A stretch of DNA of 32,000 nt, from positions 660,001 through 692,000 of the forward strand of contig NC_018655.1 in assembly GCF_000299365.1 (NCBI RefSeq), written 5' to 3'. Position 1 is the first letter of the stretch. Each line of letters starts with the position of its first letter. Source of the DNA: Candidatus Nitrosopumilus koreensis AR1 (GTDB taxonomy: Archaea > Thermoproteota > Nitrososphaeria > Nitrososphaerales > Nitrosopumilaceae). The position numbers were made by a program, and so were the translations under genes. Below, in pieces: positions 25,805-32,000 of this stretch. The notes beneath the pieces were generated by a model. The model did no database searches, was not told where the DNA came from, and saw nothing but the letters and a program-made list of their open reading frames with translations.

Positions 25805-25983
25805 ATAATTCCAACACCAGATCAAATCTAATTAACAGACAAAAAATTTTATGTATTTCTGTATTGTTTGTTTTCATATTAGGTATTCCTTCCATACCTA
25901 GTTCGTATGCTGATCATGCTAATGTTAATGTGAATATCGCAAAAGGATCTTCAGCATCAGGATGTGAGGAAAAAAATGAGTGA
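25801..25983 (+). pseudogene. N-terminal remnant of a secreted cupredoxin-like protein
   Basis: Signal/anchor ILCISVLFVFILGIPSIPSSYA, then DHANVNVNIAKGSSASGCEEKNE, then TGA where a Cys codon (TGY) would be expected. From memory, thaumarchaeal blue-copper proteins begin ..GSS.PGCE..N.C. Further stops follow immediately. Confidence 0.4.
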
Positions 25984-26137
25984 TAATTTTTGTAGAAGTA
26001 TATGCGGATACTATGATGCAAAGGCAGAATTTCGAAATTCACAAAGCAACATATTCAGAAAGTACTGCCCCACATGTGAACTAGAACTAGTTTCCAGATA
26101 TTCTAACTGTCCTTGTTGTCATCAATCATTTGATTAA
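25976..26137 (+). CDS. Cys-rich miniprotein (53 aa)
   Basis: MSDNFCRSICGYYDAKAEF...KYCPTCELELVSRYSNCPCCHQSFD (CxxxC, CxxC, CxCC). Confidence 0.5.
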   Translation: MSDNFCRSICGYYDAKAEFRNSQSNIFRKYCPTCELELVSRYSNCPCCHQSFD

Positions 26138-26439
26138 TTCTCAGATTCAAAATTCTAGAATTTTCAAAAATAGATACTTTCTAACTATTAGATGACAAAA
26201 TTTGGAACCGAAATAGAACTTCATAGATACGAATCCGGTCGAATCCAATCATCTATGATTCGTAAAATCTAGTTTAATTTTGGTTAATTAGGTTAACCCC
26301 GTTAATTTTCATAAACATAGTTGTTTGGCATCTCTGTAAATATTACATTGACAATTATGTATGTACCATAAACAAATCTGTATTTGAAACATACGCTAGT
26401 GTAAGCGCAGGTTAATACTGATTAGTATACACATTTACT

Positions 26440-28107
26440 ATGATTAAAAATAATGTTTTAAAATATTTTGCAATATCTGTATTACTTCTTTCATCTTTGA
26501 CTATGTTTCAAAACAATAGTAGTTTTGCAGCAACATCTCTGGATCTTGGAACATCTGCCAACTTTGGTGTCTTGGGTTCCTCAACGGTAACCAATGACCC
26601 AACATTAGGCACTGGTACAACCATCACAGGAGATCTTGGATTAAGCCCCGGTACAGCGATTACTGGCTTCTATGGTGCTAATGAAAATGGTGGTCCAGGA
26701 ATTGTAACAGGAACGACACACCAAGCTGATGCAACAGCAGCCAAAGCTCAAGCTGATGCGCTTGACGCATTTAACGAACTTGCAGCCAAGAGTTGTGACA
26801 CCTTTGCTCCTTGGCCTGGTGGAGGCGGAATAGAAATGAATGCATTAACACTTGTACCTGGAGTTTACTGTTCTACTTCATCACTTACTTTAGCAACAGG
26901 TGGAACACTTACTCTTGATGGTCCCGGAGTTTACATCTTCAAGGCTGCCAGTAAACTAACCACTTTTTCAGATTCTAATATAATCTTGACCAACGGCGCA
27001 ACAGCTGATAACGTATTTTGGTATGTAGGTACTTCTGCAACTCTTGCATCCCCAACCACAGGTTCTGGAAATACGTCTGTATTCTCAGGAACTGTAATTT
27101 CTTCAGCAGCAATCTCGCAAACCGGCGGTGACGCTGACACTCTCTTGGATATAGACGGCAGATTAATTTCACTAAACGCAGGAGTTACATTTGCATCTAC
27201 TGCGCATATCACAGTTCCAGCAGATATTACTCCACCAACTGACACCACTGACAATACAACAACTAAAACCACTGACAATACAACAACTACAACCAATGAC
27301 GATACAACAACTAAAACCCCTGACAATACAACAACTAAAACCCCTGACAATACAACAACTAAAACCCCTGACAATACAACAACTAAAACCACTGACAATA
27401 CAACAACTAAAACCACTGACAATACAACAACTAAAACCACTGACAATACAACAACTGATCCTTACAAATCTAAACAACCAGATCTTAAACTGGTATCACC
27501 TTACTTGCAAAGCAATACATTGAAGGATTTTCGTACAACACAACAAACAACTGAAACCATCACATCTTCCAGCGGAAGTTCTGGCTCTGCTGTAGGTTCT
27601 ACAACATTAGATGAAGAGTATGTTTTACCTAAGCCTGGAACTACTCCTGACTCATTTGCATATGGATTCAAAAAAGCATTTGAAGGGTTAGACTTGGCAT
27701 TTACATTTAATCAAAACGATAAAGTTGCAAAACATCTGAAATTTGCAGAACTACGACTGAGTGAAACAAATGCAGTAGTTCAAAAAGGAATGCCTGAACT
27801 AGTTAATGGTCTAACAAATGACTATGAAAAACAAGTATCTGATGCAAACAAAATTGCAGACTCTGCATCAAAAGCTGCAGACAAGGCATCTTTAACTGAA
27901 GATATAATGTCTGCATCATCCAACCATGTAGAAGTTCTAACTGAACTCAAAGATACACTTCCAGAACAAGCACAATTAAGAATCCAAGTGATAATTGATA
28001 ATTCTAAAAAAGACATTGGTATTGCAATGAAAGAACTCTCAAACTATGCTAATGCTATGGAAAAATCAAAAGAAATGAAACAAACAGCTGAAGATCGCAA
28101 ACCATAA
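26440..28107 (+). CDS. Secreted DUF3494 (ice-binding-like) domain protein with Thr-rich repeat linker and DUF5667-like C-terminal helical domain
   Basis: 555 aa with a signal peptide. LGTSANFGVLGSSTVTNDPTLGTGTTITGDLGLSPGTAITGF is the canonical DUF3494 N-terminus. TDNTTTKT/PDNTTTKT occurs x9. The C-terminal PDSFAYGFKKAFEGLDLAFTFNQNDKVAKHLKFAELRLSE resembles DUF5667. Confidence 0.85.
   Translation: MIKNNVLKYFAISVLLLSSLTMFQNNSSFAATSLDLGTSANFGVLGSSTVTNDPTLGTGTTITGDLGLSPGTAITGFYGANENGGPGIVTGTTHQADATAAKAQADALDAFNELAAKSCDTFAPWPGGGGIEMNALTLVPGVYCSTSSLTLATGGTLTLDGPGVYIFKAASKLTTFSDSNIILTNGATADNVFWYVGTSATLASPTTGSGNTSVFSGTVISSAAISQTGGDADTLLDIDGRLISLNAGVTFASTAHITVPADITPPTDTTDNTTTKTTDNTTTTTNDDTTTKTPDNTTTKTPDNTTTKTPDNTTTKTTDNTTTKTTDNTTTKTTDNTTTDPYKSKQPDLKLVSPYLQSNTLKDFRTTQQTTETITSSSGSSGSAVGSTTLDEEYVLPKPGTTPDSFAYGFKKAFEGLDLAFTFNQNDKVAKHLKFAELRLSETNAVVQKGMPELVNGLTNDYEKQVSDANKIADSASKAADKASLTEDIMSASSNHVEVLTELKDTLPEQAQLRIQVIIDNSKKDIGIAMKELSNYANAMEKSKEMKQTAEDRKP
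27247..27456. repeat. 24-bp tandem repeat, about 9 units (coding, Thr-rich linker)
   Basis: The unit actgacaatacaacaactaaaacc has a/c variation at the first base. Read directly from the sequence. Confidence 0.95.
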
Positions 28108-28142
28108 TCTAATTTTTAAAATTAGACTTTTCATGCATACTT

Positions 28143-28273
28143 GCATCCACTTTTAACCCAATAATGGTGGCAGTCCCCGTGGAGTTGAATCAAACAAATT
28201 CTTTTCCCAAGAAAGGTTCAAGCCTCTAAGGATTCGTACATTGGATTAGGACTCTTTATGACTGATTGATTTG
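28143..28273 (+). repeat. Intergenic repeat family, copy B
   Basis: gcatccacttttaacccaataatggtggcagtccccgtggagttgaatc...ggttcaagcctctaaggattcgtaca...ggactctttatgactgattgatttg. Starts 35 nt after the 28107 stop and ends 12 nt before ATG 28286. Confidence 0.75.
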
Positions 28274-28285
28274 AAGAAATAGATA

Positions 28286-29071
28286 ATGAAAACCATTTTC
28301 TTGATAATTATTGTAGGGCTTATCATTTTATCATCTGTTATTTTTGTTGCAATTTGGAATAGTATCCCTAAAGAATGTGATGATAAATGCAAACATGAAC
28401 GGAGAGCAATAGAAGCCGGCAAAATAGTTACTGGCTCATATGAATTAGAAAAGCCATTGTGTTTGGGAGGTAGGGGCATGATATTAAATGAAGATTGTGA
28501 GATAATTGGGAAATATGATGTCTCGACAGGAATGCCAATAGTTGAAAACAAAGAACAGTATTCAATTGAAATAACTGGATTGAATAAGATTTATCGTATA
28601 GGGGAACAATATGATTTCTCATATGTCATAACAGGATATGGATATTCATGCGGTAGTAAAGACGTCACTTTTCCTGATCAAAATGGAGAACTTGTGACAA
28701 TTAGTTCAAGTGGATTATGTGCGGCAGATGTGCCTATGAAGAATTTTGTCTTTGATATTCAAAAAGAGAGAGGTACAACATACGGTCATGTTGGATTAAA
28801 AAATCCTGGAACCTATAATGTCACTGTTACTTTTGATAGACCAAGTCGGGATTCTCCAACAACTGCCATCAAAGAATTCCGTGTACCTCCACCAAATTCT
28901 TGGTATAACAATCAACTCAGAGATGCTGATCTTCAAACCGTTAAAGACAGTTGTGTAAATGACTCTCCAAAAGAAAGAATGACAAATGCATTAAGATATA
29001 CAAATGAAACTCATGTTTTTTTGAATCTAGGGTGTGAGTGGAAAAAAATTGGAAAGTTTATGGGCGAATAG
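28286..29071 (+). CDS. N-terminally membrane-anchored Cys-rich extracellular protein (operon gene 1)
   Basis: 261 aa with TM segment IFLIIIVGLIILSSVIFVAIW. The C-terminal NETHVFLNLGCEW motif is shared with gene 3. Confidence 0.7.
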   Translation: MKTIFLIIIVGLIILSSVIFVAIWNSIPKECDDKCKHERRAIEAGKIVTGSYELEKPLCLGGRGMILNEDCEIIGKYDVSTGMPIVENKEQYSIEITGLNKIYRIGEQYDFSYVITGYGYSCGSKDVTFPDQNGELVTISSSGLCAADVPMKNFVFDIQKERGTTYGHVGLKNPGTYNVTVTFDRPSRDSPTTAIKEFRVPPPNSWYNNQLRDADLQTVKDSCVNDSPKERMTNALRYTNETHVFLNLGCEWKKIGKFMGE

Positions 29072-29074
29072 AAA

Positions 29075-29740
29075 ATGAATACGAATCTTCTTTTGGCATT
29101 ATCTGTGGTAGTGGTTGGAATAATCCTAATTTCGATAAACTATGAATCAATTTCAAATTTCTACACATATTCTGTGCCTCTAAAAGACTATACAGTATCA
29201 AAGTACTCTGATATTTCAAAAACCTTCCAAGGCATGCTTGATGATGATTCTGAATGTTTTACAACGTTAAATGGAAACCTGTTTTGTTATCTTAACCCAG
29301 TCAGATTCAATGATGATGGCTCTTCGGCATCTTTTGTAAAAGGTGAAAATGGAATAGAAGGAGAGATTCATTTTGATCCTGTTGATGTTGGTGCAACGTA
29401 TTTTCTAATGCTTGATATGACTCTGGTTTCCGATAACAAGGCAATGATTACGTTTGCAGACAAGGATTACAGAATCGGCAACAGTCAGGAAACATTCTAT
29501 GAGGTAGATGACAAGTTTGAGTTTTCTGCAACTGTTGAGAAATTTGATACGTTTATCTCGCATTGTAGCAACTATGAAGGGACAAAAATAACCATAGTGC
29601 AATACCTTGGAATCAGAGAGATTAACGGGAATGATTATTTTCTGACATGGCACACATCTGCAGACTCGGAGCAAGGGATTGCATGTGATTACCCTCAAAT
29701 TATTCAACACAGTCTTGATTATAATTTTAGGGAGTTATAG
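29075..29740 (+). CDS. N-terminally membrane-anchored extracellular protein (operon gene 2)
   Basis: 221 aa with TM segment LLLALSVVVVGIILISI. Starts 3 nt after the gene 1 stop. Confidence 0.7.
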   Translation: MNTNLLLALSVVVVGIILISINYESISNFYTYSVPLKDYTVSKYSDISKTFQGMLDDDSECFTTLNGNLFCYLNPVRFNDDGSSASFVKGENGIEGEIHFDPVDVGATYFLMLDMTLVSDNKAMITFADKDYRIGNSQETFYEVDDKFEFSATVEKFDTFISHCSNYEGTKITIVQYLGIREINGNDYFLTWHTSADSEQGIACDYPQIIQHSLDYNFREL

Positions 29741-29743
29741 AAA

Positions 29744-30496
29744 ATGAAAACTAGAAACAAAATATTACTTGGTGTAGGTATCGTTATTGCAATAATTGTA
29801 TTACTCTCTTCATTAATGGCATATTTTAACAAAAATGGAACGATTCTTGAATCCGATTACAATAATGATCCTAGTAGAGTATTAGCTCATTGTGCCCAAC
29901 AAAAATATGGTGAAGAAAATGACTGGAAAACTCCTGATGGAAAGAATTTTGCTGTGACCTCAATTGGATTATTTGCCATGAATGAAACTCATTATATTGA
30001 CAACAATCTTTGCACTTGGATAGAAAGACCTTCTGGATTAAACACTATGTTGTCTGGAGACGAATTAAAATTCTACAAGCAAAAACTAGCAAAGGATAAA
30101 GATGAATCAAAATCTTGTCCTGATGGACAAAATTACAACGAAATCCTGTTCAAATGTGTGGTTTCTTGTGAAGATGATCTAGTTTACAATGGTTATACTG
30201 ATTCATGTACTACTGAATTTGAATTAAAGTATCATGGATTCTGTGATGATGAGTTTACATATGATCCGTTATCTCATATCTGTTATTCTGATGATGGTAC
30301 TTTGCAGACTCCTCTAAAGGATCCGCCAAGAACTGCTCCTCCAGAACCTGAATGTTCAATTCAATGCTTAGTTTATGATCCTGTTTGCGGAGTAGATGGA
30401 ATTACTTATGCTTGTGGGATAGAAGATGCTGCATGTCATGGAGTTAAAGTCAAACATGATGGAGAATGTTCAGATTCAAAATTAGGCACAGAATAA
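29744..30496 (+). CDS. N-terminally membrane-anchored Cys-rich protein with C-terminal Kazal-type inhibitor domain (operon gene 3)
   Basis: 250 aa with TM segment ILLGVGIVIAIIVLLSSLMAYF. The C-terminus CSIQCLVYDPVCGVDGITYACGIEDAACHGVKVKHDGEC fits the Kazal pattern (C..PVCG.DG.TY.N.C....C......G.C), about nt 30351-30472. Confidence 0.75.
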   Translation: MKTRNKILLGVGIVIAIIVLLSSLMAYFNKNGTILESDYNNDPSRVLAHCAQQKYGEENDWKTPDGKNFAVTSIGLFAMNETHYIDNNLCTWIERPSGLNTMLSGDELKFYKQKLAKDKDESKSCPDGQNYNEILFKCVVSCEDDLVYNGYTDSCTTEFELKYHGFCDDEFTYDPLSHICYSDDGTLQTPLKDPPRTAPPEPECSIQCLVYDPVCGVDGITYACGIEDAACHGVKVKHDGECSDSKLGTE

Positions 30497-30513
30497 GTCT
30501 AGTTGTTTAATTT

Positions 30514-30575
30514 GCGTCCATTTCTATCCCCAATTTGGTAGTTAAGTCCCCGTGGGGTTGAATCTCAAATTACTT
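30514..30575 (+). repeat. Intergenic repeat family, copy C (5' half only)
   Basis: gcgtccatttctatccccaatttggtagttaagtccccgtggggttgaatctc. Starts 17 nt after the 30496 stop. The 3' half of the family consensus is absent. Confidence 0.7.
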
Positions 30576-30693
30576 TTACAACATATTGTTAACAAAAAAA
30601 TAATTATTTAAAATGGAATGTCAATAAGCGCATTTGAATTTGCATTGCACTGTATACTGATAGATTAAGTACGAATTCTAAAATCACAAAATC

Positions 30694-30822
30694 ATGGAAC
30701 CTGTAAAAGTAAAGTTTGACTGGGATAAACCATCACTAATTGAAAACAACGGTCACAATCAAGGTGAATGGGGACAAAAACCAAAAACCAGAATAACTGC
30801 ATACAAAATGAGTTGGGAATAG
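30694..30822 (+). CDS. Possible small protein (42 aa)
   Basis: MEPVKVKFDWDKPSLIENNGHNQGEWGQKPKTRITAYKMSWE. No supporting features. Confidence 0.3.
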   Translation: MEPVKVKFDWDKPSLIENNGHNQGEWGQKPKTRITAYKMSWE

Positions 30823-30934
30823 ATATCATTTTAGATGATTCTCTGTTCATGAAATAGAGGGTAACTGGGCAAGTTTTCTAAAAAATGAATGTCTGTGTAA
30901 ACGGATATTAGAAATAAAACAACAATACAAATGC

Positions 30935-31906
30935 GTGAATAAAACATCCTCTATTGCAGTTTTTGCTGCAGTTGTTATCTGCATTGCAGCTATAGTCGCT
31001 GTGACCCTATTTTCTGATACTTTTGTGGCTACAAATGCCGCTGATACCGTATTCTTTACGCTGCAAGGTGATGATTCTATAGGTAACCTTGATGGCAAGA
31101 CATTCCAAGCAGGACCCAAGATGACGTATGTCTCCATTTCACAGGATGGGAATCTAATCCTGGCCACAAGTAGTGGAAGTGACACTGTATTTGCATATGA
31201 TTCAGATGGAAACAAGCTAGCAGAGATTCCGGTTGGAAAAACCCCAAAGGGTGTAAAGATTCATCCAACACAGGACCTTGCCTTTGTCGCAAATGAGAAT
31301 TCTGGCACAATCAGTGTCATTGATCTTCAAACCCTAGAATCAATCAAAGATATACCTGTTGGAAAAATTCCTCACAATATTGTTTTTCATCCAAATGGTA
31401 TAACTGCATATGTTACAATTCAAGGCGGTGATGAAGTTGCAATAATTGACATTTCATCATTGACTAAAACAAATGCCATTCCTGTTGGAGCATTGCCTCA
31501 TAATCTGGACATAACTCTTGATGGCAAATTCCTGTTTGTGACCAATATTGGAACAAACGATGTTGCAGTAATTGATTTGAATAGTAATGAAATCATCAAA
31601 AGAATTCCTGTAAGTACAGGACATCATGGAATTGACATCCCTCCTTTTGGCAACAAAATCTTTGTCTCTGGAATAGGTGATGACAAGGTAAATGTGATTG
31701 ATGCATCTTCTCTTGAGTTAATCAAACAAATTCAAGTGGGAAAAGGCCCTCATGGATTAAGATCTGATCAAAATGCAAATTTTGTTTATGTCAGTGTATC
31801 TCAGACAAATGAAATTGTAGTTATTGATGTGAATAGTCTTGAGATATCAGATAGAATATCTCCTGGCAAGACTCCCTTTTGGGTTGCAATTCCAGGGAAC
31901 CCCTAG
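30935..31906 (+). CDS. YVTN-family beta-propeller repeat protein, N-terminally anchored
   Basis: 323 aa with a GTG start. Repeats of about 40 aa recur through the protein: FVANENSGTISVIDLQT, YVTIQGGDEVAIIDISS, FVTNIGTNDVAVIDLNS, FVSGIGDDKVNVIDASS, YVSVSQTNEIVVIDVNS, each followed by I/PVG..PHG. Confidence 0.85.
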   Translation: MNKTSSIAVFAAVVICIAAIVAVTLFSDTFVATNAADTVFFTLQGDDSIGNLDGKTFQAGPKMTYVSISQDGNLILATSSGSDTVFAYDSDGNKLAEIPVGKTPKGVKIHPTQDLAFVANENSGTISVIDLQTLESIKDIPVGKIPHNIVFHPNGITAYVTIQGGDEVAIIDISSLTKTNAIPVGALPHNLDITLDGKFLFVTNIGTNDVAVIDLNSNEIIKRIPVSTGHHGIDIPPFGNKIFVSGIGDDKVNVIDASSLELIKQIQVGKGPHGLRSDQNANFVYVSVSQTNEIVVIDVNSLEISDRISPGKTPFWVAIPGNP

Positions 31907-32000
31907 TTTACAATCTTTGTAACGAATTTAACCTAGCCACGATTACATTTACTAAAATATGAAATTCATACTATTACTAGTATGATTGTATAGAAAGATC

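Noticed and set aside
27247-27456. CRISPR array or non-coding satellite?
   Set aside because: The contiguous 24-bp units lie in frame inside a long ORF and encode a Thr-rich linker. There are no spacers.
26931-27523. ORFs 26931..27446(-), 26975..27172(-), 27172..27477(-) and 27191..27523(+)
   Set aside because: They are alternate frames of the DUF3494 gene and its tandem repeat. The annotated frame has a signal peptide and family motifs.
28215-28231. tRNA T-arm-like ggttcaagcct in the repeat family (also at 25571, 12573 and 7353); possible tRNA genes or tRNA-derived att sites
   Set aside because: No acceptor, D or anticodon arms can be drawn around any copy, and the flanking 5-bp stems required for a T-arm are not complementary. 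I found no tRNA anywhere in the window by eye.
30847-31310. Minus ORFs 30847..31215 and 31077..31310
   Set aside because: They overlap the YVTN propeller gene, whose ~40-aa repeats are unmistakable.

Overview
AT-rich, tightly packed archaeal sequence. The gene content (Sulfolobus-type zinc ferredoxin, CDC48 AAA ATPase, pirin, many zinc-ribbon miniproteins) suggests an ammonia-oxidising thaumarchaeon of the Nitrosopumilales type; this is inference only, since no search could be run. All family calls rest on motifs read by eye in the translations. Layout: (1) 1-3.6 kb looks like the end of a mobile element. It carries a protein-primed-type family B DNA polymerase, preceded by two ORFs that are each broken by a 1-nt frame change at an A6 tract, and followed by an AlbA_2/Schlafen-like gene. 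(2) 3.7-14 kb is a mix of housekeeping and accessory genes: zinc ferredoxin, cupin, SAM methyltransferase, membrane proteins, winged-helix protein, DUF922-like protease, SnoaL-like protein, pirin. (3) 14-26 kb holds unusually many Cys-rich miniproteins of 29-60 aa, including three paralog pairs. These are interleaved with CDC48, a YqaA/DedA membrane protein, a P-loop kinase and a nucleotidyltransferase. (4) 26-32 kb is a cell-surface cluster: a DUF3494 ice-binding-like protein with a Thr-rich 24-bp repeat linker, a three-gene operon of membrane-anchored Cys-rich proteins ending in a Kazal domain, and a YVTN beta-propeller. Three kinds of non-genic structure stand out. First, a co-oriented intergenic repeat family of about 60-140 bp has at least 9 copies, several starting just after stop codons. 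Second, a G/C-clamped hairpin module inside some of those copies has its loop flipped in one copy. Third, an 85-90 bp promoter/leader module is conserved upstream of four unrelated genes with near-identical spacing to the start codon. Two N-terminal gene remnants (FN3-like, cupredoxin-like) point to past rearrangement. I saw no rRNA, tRNA, CRISPR array, integrase or transposase.
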